A DNA stretch of 64,000 nt from Gammaproteobacteria bacterium (GTDB lineage: Bacteria; Pseudomonadota; Gammaproteobacteria; Magnimaribacterales; D2472): NCBI GenBank assembly GCA_045563715.1, contig JBJLIP010000001.1, positions 321,131 through 385,130 on the forward strand. Direction: 5' to 3'. The notes beneath the pieces were generated by a model that was not told where the DNA came from, made no database searches, and saw only the letters and a program-made list of their open reading frames with translations. A program made the translations under genes and the position numbers. Shown here piece after piece: positions 16,628-27,447 of this stretch (positions are counted from its first letter, which is position 1; the number at the start of each line of letters is the position of its first letter).

Positions 16628-17083
16628 TTATTTAAATATTTCAATTAATTCAATATCAAATATTAAGATAGAGTTTGAAGGAATTTCTGGCCTGCCTTCT
16701 TCGCCATATGCCATGGTAGGATCAATATAGACTGTCCACTTATCGCCCTCTTTCATTAAAGAAATAGTTTTTTGGCATCCAATAATTAGTTTCGATAATT
16801 CTATCTGCAATGGTTCAGAATCAAGAGAACTCCAAAAAACTTCTCCGTTAGTTAAAGTGCCATGAAAATGGGCAGAAATAGTGTCATTAAGACTCGGAGT
16901 AGATCCACTTTGGTCTCCATACTCAACAACGGAGTATTGAAGCCCTGGTTCAATTTCAATAATTTCATTATTTTTTTTGTTATCTATAAAGAACTGCATA
17001 TTCTCAATTTGTTTTATATTTGGTCCATCTTGAGCGCATGCGCATAAGACAAAGAAACTAAGAATAGCTAAAGTAACCTTCAT
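16628..17083 (-). CDS. FKBP-type peptidyl-prolyl cis-trans isomerase (probable lipoprotein)
   Basis: GLQYSVVEYG...AHFHGTLTNGEVFWSS...LIFDIELIEI FKBP core, with signal peptide ...VLCAC. Confidence 0.85.
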   Translation of the reverse strand: MKVTLAILSFFVLCACAQDGPNIKQIENMQFFIDNKKNNEIIEIEPGLQYSVVEYGDQSGSTPSLNDTISAHFHGTLTNGEVFWSSLDSEPLQIELSKLIIGCQKTISLMKEGDKWTVYIDPTMAYGEEGRPEIPSNSILIFDIELIEIFK

Positions 17084-18273
17084 TATTTAACCTTAATTTT
17101 TAAAAATTTTCTTTTACCAACTTGATAAATATTTACAGATCCTTTTGAAATTTCAAGTTTCATATCTACAACTTTTTCTTGGTTAATTTTAATGCCGCCT
17201 TGTTTTATAAGCCTATTCCCATCGGATACACTTGAAATCATATTAGTATCTTTTAAAAGGTTAACTAAAGGTATCGAATCATTTTCTATATCTATCTCAA
17301 TAGTTTCTATGTCTTCAGGCATTTTTCCTTTTTGAAATCTATTTAAAAAATTTTCTCTACATTTTTTTCCATCACCCTCGTCATGAAATCTATCTACTAG
17401 CTCCTCAGCCAAGATAAATTTAATATCTCTAGGATTCCTGCCCTCCTTCATTTCAGTTTTTAAGTTTAGTATTTCTTCTTCAGGTAAAAAACTTAATAAC
17501 TCAAACCATCTCCACATCAGGTCGTCTGATATTGACATAATTTTGCCAAACATTTCGTTTGGTTCTTCATCTATTGCTATATAGTTATCAAGAGATTTAG
17601 ACATTTTCTTTTCACCATCAAGTCCTTCAAGAATTGGAACGGTTATAACCACTTGAGGTTCTTGATCATAATCCCTTTGCAATTCTCTACCAACTAATAA
17701 ATTAAACTTTTGATCTGTTCCTCCGCACTCAACATCAGCCTGAAGCGCTACTGAGTCATATCCTTGAACCAAAGGATATAAAAATTCGTGTATCGCAATA
17801 CTTTTATTAGAGGTAAATCTTTTGTTGAAATCGTCTCTTTCGAGCATTCTTGCTACATTATATTTAGAAGCAAGTTTAATTAGTCCATCAGCTCCTAGCT
17901 GATCGCACCATTCAGAGTTAAATTTAACTTCTGTAAGATCTTCCTTAAGGATTTTAAAAACTTGTTTTTTATAAGTTTTTGCATTCTCGATTAGATCATC
18001 TGAATCTACTGTTGGTCTTGTTTTATTTTTTCCAGATGGATCACCAATTCTTCCAGTAAAGTCTCCAATCAAAAATACAACTTTATGTCCCAAATCTTGA
18101 AAATGCCTAAGTTTATTTAATAAAACAGTGTGCCCAAAATGCAAATCTGGAGCTGTAGGATCAAAGCCCGCTTTCACTAGAAGCTGTTTTCCCGAATCTA
18201 GTTTCTTTTTGAGGTCAGATTCGGTAAGAATTTCATCTGTACCTCTATTAATAATCTTTAATGCATCTTTCAT
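17083..18273 (-). CDS. tyrS: Tyrosyl-tRNA synthetase (type 2, TyrZ-like)
   Basis: HIGH-class motif DLHFGH, KMSKS, and a C-terminal S4 domain. The N-terminus [16 protein letters not shown] aligns with TyrZ-type N-termini, so the ORF-track GTG at 18312 is likely an extension. Confidence 0.93.
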   Translation of the reverse strand: MKDALKIINRGTDEILTESDLKKKLDSGKQLLVKAGFDPTAPDLHFGHTVLLNKLRHFQDLGHKVVFLIGDFTGRIGDPSGKNKTRPTVDSDDLIENAKTYKKQVFKILKEDLTEVKFNSEWCDQLGADGLIKLASKYNVARMLERDDFNKRFTSNKSIAIHEFLYPLVQGYDSVALQADVECGGTDQKFNLLVGRELQRDYDQEPQVVITVPILEGLDGEKKMSKSLDNYIAIDEEPNEMFGKIMSISDDLMWRWFELLSFLPEEEILNLKTEMKEGRNPRDIKFILAEELVDRFHDEGDGKKCRENFLNRFQKGKMPEDIETIEIDIENDSIPLVNLLKDTNMISSVSDGNRLIKQGGIKINQEKVVDMKLEISKGSVNIYQVGKRKFLKIKVK

Positions 18274-18345
18274 ACTACTATCATAGTATTTTAACATCAT
18301 TATTAGAATCACAAAGTTGCTACTTAATTCTTAAACATTAAAATA

Positions 18346-21300
18346 ATGGCTATGCTAAAAGCAAATAATAAATTTATATCGGATGCTGAACTTTTATCAT
18401 ACATATCTGATGAAACTGAGTTCTTAAAAGAAGCTTCGATATCAAGTGATGCAAAATCAATTATTGACCTTTGTAGAAAAGATAAAAAAGATCGAACTAT
18501 GCTCGATGCTTTTCTTAGTGAGTATGGATTAGATAATAAAGAAGGTGTTGCTTTGATGTGTCTCGCAGAATCAGTGCTGAGAATACCTGATAAACAAACA
18601 AGAAATCTTATAATTTCTGAGAAGCTTTCTGAAGGAAGGTGGATCGATCATCTTAATAAAGCAGATAGCATATTTGTGAATGCATCTACATGGGGTTTGT
18701 TGTTAGCAGGTAAAGTGGTCTCAACCCCAAATGAATGGTCAGAAGACCCTAATAACTTTTTATCTAATTTAATATCTAAATCGGGAGAGATGCCTATTAG
18801 AAATGCTGTTTTGGCAGCTATGCAAATTCTTAGTCAAGAATTTGTAATGGGAAAAAATTTTAAAGACATTAAGAAACTTGCGGGCCTAACTAAAGAGATA
18901 TTTTCATTTGATATGTTGGGTGAAGCAGCAAGAACCTCTCAACAGGCTGAAAGTTATTTTCAATCATATTTTAATGCTGTTGATGAAGTTGCAAAAATTA
19001 ATGATGTGAAGAATATGTCGCATGGGGTATCAATTAAGATATCTGCGCTTCATCCAAGATACGAGATGCGAAAAATTGATGAAGTTGACTCAGAATTAAT
19101 TCCCAGATTAAAAGAATTAATTAATCATGCGCACTCAAAAGCTGTTGAGATTACTATTGATGCTGAAGAACAAGATAGGCTTTCAATTAGCCTGTATATA
19201 ATTGAGAAATTAGCCTTTGAAAAAAAAATAAAGGACTGGCCTGGGTTTGGAATAGCACTACAAGCTTATGGCAAGAGATCATTTGATACAATTGATTGGT
19301 TAAATAGTGCTTTAAAAAAAAGAGCTGGAATGCATCTAAGACTTGTAAAAGGTGCCTATTGGGACTATGAAATTAAACATGCACAAGTATCAGGCTATGC
19401 TGGCTACCCAGTGTTTTCGAAAAAATCAATCACAGATATTGCTTACCTTGCTTGTGCAAAAAGAATACTAGAAAACAAAAATATTTATGCTAAATTTGCA
19501 ACTCATAATGCTCATACTATCTCATCAATCAATCATCTTGGTAAAGGTTGTGAATATGAATTTCAGCGTTTGTTTGGAATGGGTGAGCTTCTATATAAAA
19601 GTGCATCAAATATCCTTCAGTTAGAAAAGGCTCCTTCTGTATATGCTCCAATAGGAAGCTATAAAAATCTTCTGCCCTATTTAGTTAGAAGATTATTAGA
19701 GAATGGTGCTAATAGTTCATTCATAAATAGGTTGCTTGATCCTAATACGGATTCAAAGTGGTTGGCTGAAAATCCTTTTACAAGAATGGAGAGTGAAAAA
19801 AAAGAGATTCCTCTTCCTAAAAATATCTTTAAAAAAAGATTAAACTCTAATGGCATGGATATTTCAGAAAAACAGAATCTAGATAATCTTTCACTAAAAT
19901 TAAAAAGTTTTGAAGAAAAAAAAGTACACGCGAAATCTATATACCTGGGCAGAGAAAAGAATGATAAAAATATAATCAATGTTGATTCAATTTCATCAGG
20001 TATCAGCATAGGCACTGTTCAGTATGACAATACAAAAATAATCAAAAGCTCTCTAGAAGAAAATAGTTCAGATGAATGGTCCAGGACAAACGTTTCAAAA
20101 AGGTCAGAAATTTTGAATAAAGTTGCTAATTTGATTGAAGAAGACCCTCACGAATTAATCTTTTATCTTATAAATGAAGCAGGTAAAACTCTTCAGAATG
20201 CAATTGATGAGATTAGAGAGGGAGTAGATTTCTTACGTTATTATTCAGAGCAAGCTAAAGAAATTATTCAAGAAAAAGATTTAGATGGGCCAACTGGAGA
20301 GGATAATAAAATTTACTATAATCCAAAAGGAAGATTTTTATGTATTAGTCCATGGAATTTTCCTGTTGCTATTCTAATTGGGCAAATATCAGCAGCTCTA
20401 GCTTGTGGTAATAAAGTTATAGCAAAGCCTTCAGAACATACTTCTATACTTGGATATCTTGTTATAAAGAAATTTCACGAAAGTGGAGTTCCTATAAGCT
20501 CACTCGAGCTTATACTTGGAGATGGTGAATATGGTGAAATGTTAACTCAAGTAGAGTCATTACAAGGAGTTGCTTTTACTGGATCACTTCCAACAGCAAA
20601 AAAAATACAATCTAACCTTATTGAATATCAAGACCAAATAATCCATCTGATAGCTGAAACTGGTGGCATTAATTGTATGCTTGTTGATTCAAGTGCCCTT
20701 TTGGAGCAAGTCACAGATGATGTCGTCAGGTCTGCATTCGATAGCGCTGGTCAGAGATGCTCTGCTCTAAGAGTTCTTTGTATCCAAGAAGAAATATATG
20801 AAGAGCTCGTTGAAATGATTAAAGGAAATATGATTATTCAGAAAATTGGAAACCCAAATGAATTTGATACAGATATTGGTCCAATTATTAATATAGAAGC
20901 TCTAGAAAAACTTAATAAATACATCGAAAAATTTGAAATGGAGGGTTTTGATGTATTTCAAGCATCAGAAACATCAGAGAAAAATTATCTTTCGCCCACA
21001 CTTATTTCAATCAATCAAATATCAGATATTAAAAATGAGCAGTTTGGCCCTATACTTCATGTTCTTAAATATACCTCTAGTGATACAGATAAATTAATTA
21101 ATGATATTAATAAAACAGGATATGGTTTAACTATGGGAATTCATTCTAGAATAGAATCTAGAGCTGACTATCTTGGAAAAAATTCTAATATTGGAAATAT
21201 CTATATAAATAGAGACATGGTTGGTGCTGTTGTTGGGTCACAGCCCTTTGGCGGTGTTGGCCTTTCTGGAAGTGGTTACAAGGCTGGCGGCCCTAACTAT

Positions 21301-21393
21301 TTATTACAATTCTTAAATGAAAAAGTGATTTCAAAAAATTCGGTCGCATTTGGTGGTAATACTGAGCTACTTAATCTGCAAGAAGACAAATGA
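18346..21393 (+). CDS. putA: Bifunctional proline dehydrogenase / 1-pyrroline-5-carboxylate dehydrogenase (PutA without the DNA-binding domain)
   Basis: PRODH barrel motif LPYLVRRLLENGANSSF, an ALDH domain ISPWNFPVAI...ETGGIN...GQRCSA, and 1015 aa. Confidence 0.93.
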   Translation: MAMLKANNKFISDAELLSYISDETEFLKEASISSDAKSIIDLCRKDKKDRTMLDAFLSEYGLDNKEGVALMCLAESVLRIPDKQTRNLIISEKLSEGRWIDHLNKADSIFVNASTWGLLLAGKVVSTPNEWSEDPNNFLSNLISKSGEMPIRNAVLAAMQILSQEFVMGKNFKDIKKLAGLTKEIFSFDMLGEAARTSQQAESYFQSYFNAVDEVAKINDVKNMSHGVSIKISALHPRYEMRKIDEVDSELIPRLKELINHAHSKAVEITIDAEEQDRLSISLYIIEKLAFEKKIKDWPGFGIALQAYGKRSFDTIDWLNSALKKRAGMHLRLVKGAYWDYEIKHAQVSGYAGYPVFSKKSITDIAYLACAKRILENKNIYAKFATHNAHTISSINHLGKGCEYEFQRLFGMGELLYKSASNILQLEKAPSVYAPIGSYKNLLPYLVRRLLENGANSSFINRLLDPNTDSKWLAENPFTRMESEKKEIPLPKNIFKKRLNSNGMDISEKQNLDNLSLKLKSFEEKKVHAKSIYLGREKNDKNIINVDSISSGISIGTVQYDNTKIIKSSLEENSSDEWSRTNVSKRSEILNKVANLIEEDPHELIFYLINEAGKTLQNAIDEIREGVDFLRYYSEQAKEIIQEKDLDGPTGEDNKIYYNPKGRFLCISPWNFPVAILIGQISAALACGNKVIAKPSEHTSILGYLVIKKFHESGVPISSLELILGDGEYGEMLTQVESLQGVAFTGSLPTAKKIQSNLIEYQDQIIHLIAETGGINCMLVDSSALLEQVTDDVVRSAFDSAGQRCSALRVLCIQEEIYEELVEMIKGNMIIQKIGNPNEFDTDIGPIINIEALEKLNKYIEKFEMEGFDVFQASETSEKNYLSPTLISINQISDIKNEQFGPILHVLKYTSSDTDKLINDINKTGYGLTMGIHSRIESRADYLGKNSNIGNIYINRDMVGAVVGSQPFGGVGLSGSGYKAGGPNYLLQFLNEKVISKNSVAFGGNTELLNLQEDK

Positions 21394-22622
21394 TTGGCTT
21401 CAAAAAAACTCCTGTTAAGTTAGTAATAGGTATTTTTATAATCTCTGTTTTTGTAATAGTGCTTATATATATAGATTCTTCTCAAGATAAACCCAAGCCT
21501 ACCCAAGATACAATTACTATGGATCTTGGTATTTCTCCACCAGAACTTAAAAATAAATTAATTCATGAGGTAAAAAAAGGAGAGAGTCTTTCAATAATAT
21601 TTGAAGAAAAAAAAGTTCCTTTAAACACTGCGTATAAAATTTTTGATTTTGACAAAGATAATATTCTATCAAGTATCAAACCAGGCGATGTGATGGAGTT
21701 CAATTATATTGGGGAAAAATTAGAAAGCATTCAAATAATAAAAGATGAGATAAATACAATTCTTATTAATATCTCAGAAAATGTTTCTTTAGAATCGGTT
21801 AAGAAAAAAATACAAACCATAAACTCAATTAAGCAAGGAGAAATAACTACTTCATTTTATAAGGATGCGTTAAAGGAAGGTATACCTGATAGCATAATAA
21901 TGGATTTTGCATATATTTTTGGTTGGGATATTGATTTTATTTTTGATGTAAGAAAAGGGGATAAATTTGCTGTTATTTTTGAAGCTGACTATTCTGAGGG
22001 TGAAAAAATTTCTAGCGGAGATATTATATTTGCAGAGTTCATAAATAAAAATGATCGTTATATCGCTCAAAGATTTTTTGATAAAAATCAAGGTAAGCAA
22101 TACTTTAATGAGGAAGGAGATAATGTTAGGAAGGCATTTTTGAGAGCGCCTTTAGACTTTGCATATATAAGTTCTCACTTTAATCCAAATAGGTTACACC
22201 CTATTCTTCATAAAATTAAAGCTCATAATGGAGTTGATTATGCAGCTAGAAGAAATACTCCAGTAAAAGCATCTGGGGATGGTGTTATATCTTTTGTAGG
22301 CGTTAAGGGTGGTTACGGCAGGACTATAGAAATTAAGCATGGTGGAAATATAAAAACTTTATATGCTCATCTTGAAAAGTATAATTCGAGATCTAACGTA
22401 GGAAATAAGGTAAAACAAGGTGAAGTAATTGGGTATGTTGGGGACTCTGGCCGAGCAACGGGACCGCATCTTCATTTTGAATTTTGGCAAGGCAAAACAA
22501 GAACAGATCCTGTAAAAGTAAAGCTCCCATCTGCCAAGCCTATTAATAAAAATCAATTGAATGAATTTAATGAATTGCTTGAAATCAATCTGCAAAAACT
22601 AAATCAGTATAATTCTAATTAA
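21390..22622 (+). CDS. M23 family murein endopeptidase (MepM/YebA-like)
   Basis: N-terminal TM, OapA/LysM-like region, and M23 motifs HNGVDYAA and GDSGRATGPHLHFE. Confidence 0.88.
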   Translation: MIGFKKTPVKLVIGIFIISVFVIVLIYIDSSQDKPKPTQDTITMDLGISPPELKNKLIHEVKKGESLSIIFEEKKVPLNTAYKIFDFDKDNILSSIKPGDVMEFNYIGEKLESIQIIKDEINTILINISENVSLESVKKKIQTINSIKQGEITTSFYKDALKEGIPDSIIMDFAYIFGWDIDFIFDVRKGDKFAVIFEADYSEGEKISSGDIIFAEFINKNDRYIAQRFFDKNQGKQYFNEEGDNVRKAFLRAPLDFAYISSHFNPNRLHPILHKIKAHNGVDYAARRNTPVKASGDGVISFVGVKGGYGRTIEIKHGGNIKTLYAHLEKYNSRSNVGNKVKQGEVIGYVGDSGRATGPHLHFEFWQGKTRTDPVKVKLPSAKPINKNQLNEFNELLEINLQKLNQYNSN

Positions 22623-23654
22623 ATGAATAAATACTATATTGGAATAATGACTGGAACTAGCGCGGATGCAATTGATGGATGTATTGTGTCTTTTGATGGT
22701 AATTTTAATTTAATTACTTCCGGTTCTGTTGATCATGAGCATGGGTATAAAGAAAATTATGAAGAATGTATAGCTCAAGGGGTAAAGGAGGTTCATCGAT
22801 CTAAGAAACTCGAAAAGCTAGAGCATGATCTTAATAAGAAATCTTTAGAACTAATAGAAAATCTTTTAAATGAAAGTAAATTATCTAACGAGGATGAAAT
22901 CGCAATTGGCTTCTCTGGGCAAACAGTTTTTCATTCCAAAAAAAAGAGTTATCAAATTGGAGATTCTCAGTTCATAGCCAATAACTCAAATATAAAAGTT
23001 ATTTCTGATTTTAGAAATTTTGATATAGCGCAAGGAGGCTCAGGAGCTCCTTTAGTGCCTGCTTTTCATAAATATTTATATTCAGAAAAGGAAAAAGAAA
23101 AAATTATTTTTAATATTGGAGGAATTGCTAACGGCACTTACCTTAAAGGAAGTGAAATATCTTTAGCTTCAGATGTTGGGCCTGGAAATTGTTTAATTGA
23201 TAAAATAACAAGTAAAGAACTAGGTTTACCATTTGATAGCGGAGGCGAATTAGCAAGAAAAGGTATGCTTCTGCCTAACCTTCTAGATTCATTGGAAAAA
23301 GCAATTGATAATATAAATTTTGGATATCCCAGAGCGGATGAAAAAACTTCATATTACAAACTATTAGATAGCGGTGTCTTATTAGGAATTAGTCCAAATG
23401 ATGCATTGAGATGTCTTACTGAGCTAACTGCTGAGAAAATTAAAAATTTCTTTGATTACTGTAATCAGCCCAAAGAAGTTATATTTCATGGGGGTGGAAC
23501 AAATAATTCCTTTCTGATGGATCTTTTAGGTGAAAAATTAGAAAGAGAAATAAGAACTACTGACAACATTATTCCATCTAAATTTGTCGAAGCTGCAGCC
23601 TTTGCTTATCTTGCTTTTATGAATAGAGGTAAAGTCTTCAATACTAAATTGTAA
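22623..23654 (+). CDS. anmK: Anhydro-N-acetylmuramic acid kinase
   Basis: YIGIMTGTSADAIDG N-terminus. The tyrS-M23-anmK-erpA order matches Pseudomonas synteny. Confidence 0.88.
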   Translation: MNKYYIGIMTGTSADAIDGCIVSFDGNFNLITSGSVDHEHGYKENYEECIAQGVKEVHRSKKLEKLEHDLNKKSLELIENLLNESKLSNEDEIAIGFSGQTVFHSKKKSYQIGDSQFIANNSNIKVISDFRNFDIAQGGSGAPLVPAFHKYLYSEKEKEKIIFNIGGIANGTYLKGSEISLASDVGPGNCLIDKITSKELGLPFDSGGELARKGMLLPNLLDSLEKAIDNINFGYPRADEKTSYYKLLDSGVLLGISPNDALRCLTELTAEKIKNFFDYCNQPKEVIFHGGGTNNSFLMDLLGEKLEREIRTTDNIIPSKFVEAAAFAYLAFMNRGKVFNTKL

Positions 23655-23988
23655 AAGACTCTCCGCAGCCACAAGTTGTTTTAGCATTAGGGTTATTAAT
23701 AACAAACTTTGATCCTGAGAGATCTTCGATAAAATCAAGTGTCGATCCAAATAAATAGGGATATGACATAGAGTCTAATAGAACTGAAAAGTTTTCAAAT
23801 TCGATTACATCATCATCAAATGCAACATCTGGATCAAATTTAAAACCATACTGAAATCCAGAACAACCTCCTCCAGTTACATATACACGAAACTTTGATC
23901 CCAAATCAATATTAGCAGTCATTACATTCTTTATTCTGCTCACTGCATTATCAGTTAAATTTAAAGATTGGAAAGAGTCTTGATCCAT
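23644..23988 (-). CDS. erpA: Iron-sulfur cluster insertion protein ErpA (A-type carrier)
   Basis: GGGCSGFQYGF and the C-terminal CGCGESFTI. Confidence 0.92.
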   Translation of the reverse strand: MDQDSFQSLNLTDNAVSRIKNVMTANIDLGSKFRVYVTGGGCSGFQYGFKFDPDVAFDDDVIEFENFSVLLDSMSYPYLFGSTLDFIEDLSGSKFVINNPNAKTTCGCGESFTI

Positions 23989-23990
23989 TG

Positions 23991-24491
23991 TTATGAAATT
24001 CGTTTAACTTTTATCTTAACGTTTGAAGAAACATTAATCATCCAAAATCCACCCATATTAGCTTCTTCAATAACGACATTATTTTTTGTCCTGAAATTAT
24101 TAAGCTTTATTGATGACAAGACTGATTGAGATTCCCAGAGTTGGCCATTTTCTAGCTTAAATCTAGTTTTGCCACCAAAAGTTTTTGATGAATTAGAAAT
24201 GCTTGATTTAAGCTGGGTTTTATTAATCTTAATATCGGCATCTTTCTTTTGTTTATTTGAAAGGCCAAAACTAGCCTCTTCGTCAGAAACATTTTTAGAA
24301 ACTGAATCAGAAGATTTAATAGATTCTGCTTTTATTAACTCATCTGAAGTTTTTGAAACGCCTGTTGTAAGATAATCATAACAAGCTAATCTCTTGATAT
24401 CTGATTCTATTGAAGCACAATCTTCAAGTTTTACTTCAGCATTTATCACTAAAACACAAAACGTAAAAATTGCTAAAAAATATTTTTTCAT
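23991..24491 (-). CDS. Hypothetical secreted protein
   Basis: Signal peptide, an early CxxxxxDxxRLACYD motif, a Ser/Lys-rich linker and a C-terminal beta-rich domain. Function unknown. Confidence 0.5.
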   Translation of the reverse strand: MKKYFLAIFTFCVLVINAEVKLEDCASIESDIKRLACYDYLTTGVSKTSDELIKAESIKSSDSVSKNVSDEEASFGLSNKQKKDADIKINKTQLKSSISNSSKTFGGKTRFKLENGQLWESQSVLSSIKLNNFRTKNNVVIEEANMGGFWMINVSSNVKIKVKRIS

Positions 24492-24590
24492 ATCATGACA
24501 TTATAAATTTAAATATCAGTATAAAATATAAATATGCCTAAATACTTTTTTTTCAAGAAATTCTAATAATTTCAATAATATAAAACATAA

Positions 24591-25103
24591 ATGAAAAGAT
24601 CTTTAATCACATATTCGACAGTAGATGGACAAACAAAAATAATATCCGAGAAGATTGCTGCATTTGCTTCTCATAGCGAAACAGATGTGCTTCCGATCTC
24701 AGATCAAATTAATTTAGATAATTATGAAACAATAATAATTGGCGCGAGCATAAGATATGGCAAATATCGAAAAGAAGTCTATAGTTTTATTGAGGACAAT
24801 ATTCAAACATTAAAAATGAAAGAAAATGCTTTTTTTTCTGTTAATGTTGTTGCTAGAAAACCCGAAAAAAGTACTCCTGATACAAATCCATATTTAAAAA
24901 AATTTCTAAGTAATATTAAATGGGTACCTAAAAACCTTGGTGTTTTTGCAGGCAAAATTGAATATCCAAAATATAAATTTATTGATAAATATGCAATTAA
25001 ATTTATTATGTGGATAACAAAAGGTCCTACTGATACCTCAAAAACATATGAATTTACTAACTGGAAAGCGGTAGAAGATTTTGCAAGAGATTTAGAACTA
25101 TGA
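24591..25103 (+). CDS. hemG: Protoporphyrinogen IX dehydrogenase, flavodoxin-like (HemG)
   Basis: About 170 aa. LITYSTVDGQTKIISEKIA flavodoxin-like N-terminus with a long-loop insertion. Directly upstream of, and overlapping, hemL. Confidence 0.8.
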   Translation: MKRSLITYSTVDGQTKIISEKIAAFASHSETDVLPISDQINLDNYETIIIGASIRYGKYRKEVYSFIEDNIQTLKMKENAFFSVNVVARKPEKSTPDTNPYLKKFLSNIKWVPKNLGVFAGKIEYPKYKFIDKYAIKFIMWITKGPTDTSKTYEFTNWKAVEDFARDLEL

Positions 25104-26389
25104 ACAAAATTAACAAATCTATTGAATTATTTAAAGAAGCTAAGTTGCATATGCCTGGAGGAGTAAACTCGCCAGTAAGAGCATTTAAAAATATTAATGG
25201 TAATCCAATATTTTTTAAGAAAGCAAAAGGCCCTTATATTTTTGATGCAGATAATAATAAATACATTGATTATATTGGTTCTTGGGGGCCTATGATCATG
25301 GGTCACTCGCATCCTGAAATTATTAAGTCAGTTTCAAAACAATTAGAACTTGGAACTAGTTATGGGGCTCCTACAAGCATTGAATCATCTGCTGCTAAAT
25401 TAATAAAACAGTGTATGCCTTCTATAAAAAAAATAAGAATGGTGAATTCTGGAACAGAGGCAACAATGAGTGCAGTAAGGCTTGCCAGGGGATATACGAA
25501 TAGAACTAAAATTATTAAGTTTGATGGTTGTTATCATGGTCATGTTGACTCTTTGCTTATAAAAGCAGGCTCAGGAGTCACTACTTTTGGCCTACCTGAC
25601 TCACCTGGAATTCCAAAAGAATTAGCTAAGCAAACATTAAGTTGTGAATTTAATAACAAAGATGATTTTTTAAAAATCTTTAATAAAGTTAAAAAAGATC
25701 TTGCTGCAGTTATTATTGAGCCAATAGCGGGGAATATGGGATTTATTCCTGCCGATAAGTCTTTTTTGAAGCTTATAAGAAAAAAGACCGCTGAAAATAA
25801 ATCTATATTAATCTTTGACGAAGTTATGTCTGGTTTTAGAGTTTCTCTTGGGGGTGCTCAAGAGATTTATAAAATAACACCCGATCTAACAACATTAGGG
25901 AAAGTAATTGGGGGTGGCCTTCCAGTTGGTGCCTTTGGGGGTAAAAAGGAGATTATGGATTATCTGGCACCAAATGGCCCTGTTTATCAAGCTGGAACTC
26001 TTTCTGGAAATCCTTTGGCAATGGCAGCAGGCTCAAAATTAATCCAACTGCTAATTAAAAATAATCCTTATAGTTCTCTAGAGAAAAAGGCAGACAGTTT
26101 ATTAACCAAAATGAAGCAATTATTTTTAGAAAACGATATACCTTTATCAGTTGATGCAAAAGGTGGGATGTTTGGTTTCTTTTTTTCAAAGAATCTCCCA
26201 AAAAATCTTAATGATGTGATTGCAACAAATGACAAACACTTTAATAGCTTTTTAAATAAATGTATCGGGGAGGGAATTTATTTTGCACCCTCAAAATTTG
26301 AAGCGGGTTTTATATCAACAAAACATACTAAAATTGAAATAAGTCATACAATTAGAGTTATTGAAAAAATACTAAAAAAAGGAATATAA
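25100..26389 (+). CDS. hemL: Glutamate-1-semialdehyde 2,1-aminomutase
   Basis: GGVNSPVRAF, the class-III aminotransferase core, and the PLP-Lys context LTTLGKVIGGG. Confidence 0.95.
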   Translation: MNKINKSIELFKEAKLHMPGGVNSPVRAFKNINGNPIFFKKAKGPYIFDADNNKYIDYIGSWGPMIMGHSHPEIIKSVSKQLELGTSYGAPTSIESSAAKLIKQCMPSIKKIRMVNSGTEATMSAVRLARGYTNRTKIIKFDGCYHGHVDSLLIKAGSGVTTFGLPDSPGIPKELAKQTLSCEFNNKDDFLKIFNKVKKDLAAVIIEPIAGNMGFIPADKSFLKLIRKKTAENKSILIFDEVMSGFRVSLGGAQEIYKITPDLTTLGKVIGGGLPVGAFGGKKEIMDYLAPNGPVYQAGTLSGNPLAMAAGSKLIQLLIKNNPYSSLEKKADSLLTKMKQLFLENDIPLSVDAKGGMFGFFFSKNLPKNLNDVIATNDKHFNSFLNKCIGEGIYFAPSKFEAGFISTKHTKIEISHTIRVIEKILKKGI

Positions 26390-26390
26390 A

Positions 26391-27392
26391 ATGAAATATG
26401 ATATTAGCGCTCTCGGCAATGCTTTGGTTGATACCCAATATATGGTTGATCATGATTTTTTAAAAGATATTGGCTTAGAGCCAGATTCAATGACTCTTGC
26501 TTCAGCAGAGGAGCACTCTCCTATCATAGAAAAACTCAATAAAATGGGAGTTGAATCAGTATCAGATTGCGGTGGCTCAGCAACTAATTCTTTAGTTGCA
26601 GCTTCTTATTATGGATCAAAATGTCATCATGTGTGCAGAGTTACAAATGACGAAGATGGAGAAAAATATTTAAACAGTCTTCAAAAAGCTGGAGTAAAGC
26701 ATATAGGTTTCAGTAAAGAAGAATCTGATCTACCTACTGGCAAATGTCTAATCTTTGTTACCCCGGATGCGAAAAGAACTATGAGCAGTATGTTGGGTAT
26801 AAGTGCTTATCTTGGGCCAAAAGATATCGACTACGACGTCGTTAATAACTCAAAGATCTTTTATATTGAAGGTTATATGGTAACGAGCAATGAAAACTTT
26901 AATGCAGTAACTTCAGTTCTTAAAAGTATAGATAACGGTCAAACTCTTAAAGCATTATCTCTTTCAGATGCTGGAATTGTGCACGGTTTTAGAGATAAGT
27001 TTAAAGAAATAGAATCTTTTGGACTGGACCTAATTTTTTGTAACGATGACGAAGCTATAGCATTTTCAGGAGCTGATAATTTAGAAGCTGCTATTGAATT
27101 CTATAAAAAACAATCTTACATGATTGCTATTACTAAAGGTGCTGAAGGTAGTATTGTAATAAAAGACGGTGATGCCATTTATTCTGCTGCAGAAAAGATT
27201 ACACCCATAGATACTAATGGTGCTGGTGATATGTATGCTGGCTCTTTTATGCATGCTTATTTAAATAATTTTTCTATTTCTGACTGTGCAGCCTTTAGTA
27301 ACTATGCTTCATCAAAAGTGGTTGAAACATTTGGCCCAAGATTAACCTCGGATGGATATGAAAACGTTTTAAATAAATTGAGAAAAAGCTAG
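26391..27392 (+). CDS. PfkB-family carbohydrate/nucleoside kinase (adenosine kinase-like)
   Basis: PfkB signature DTNGAGDMYAGSF near the C-terminus and the N-terminal GNALVD motif. Confidence 0.75.
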   Translation: MKYDISALGNALVDTQYMVDHDFLKDIGLEPDSMTLASAEEHSPIIEKLNKMGVESVSDCGGSATNSLVAASYYGSKCHHVCRVTNDEDGEKYLNSLQKAGVKHIGFSKEESDLPTGKCLIFVTPDAKRTMSSMLGISAYLGPKDIDYDVVNNSKIFYIEGYMVTSNENFNAVTSVLKSIDNGQTLKALSLSDAGIVHGFRDKFKEIESFGLDLIFCNDDEAIAFSGADNLEAAIEFYKKQSYMIAITKGAEGSIVIKDGDAIYSAAEKITPIDTNGAGDMYAGSFMHAYLNNFSISDCAAFSNYASSKVVETFGPRLTSDGYENVLNKLRKS

Positions 27393-27447
27393 TAAATTTA
27401 GCTAGTATCTGATACTTTCTCCACCCTGAAATGTTTCTTAAATAAAA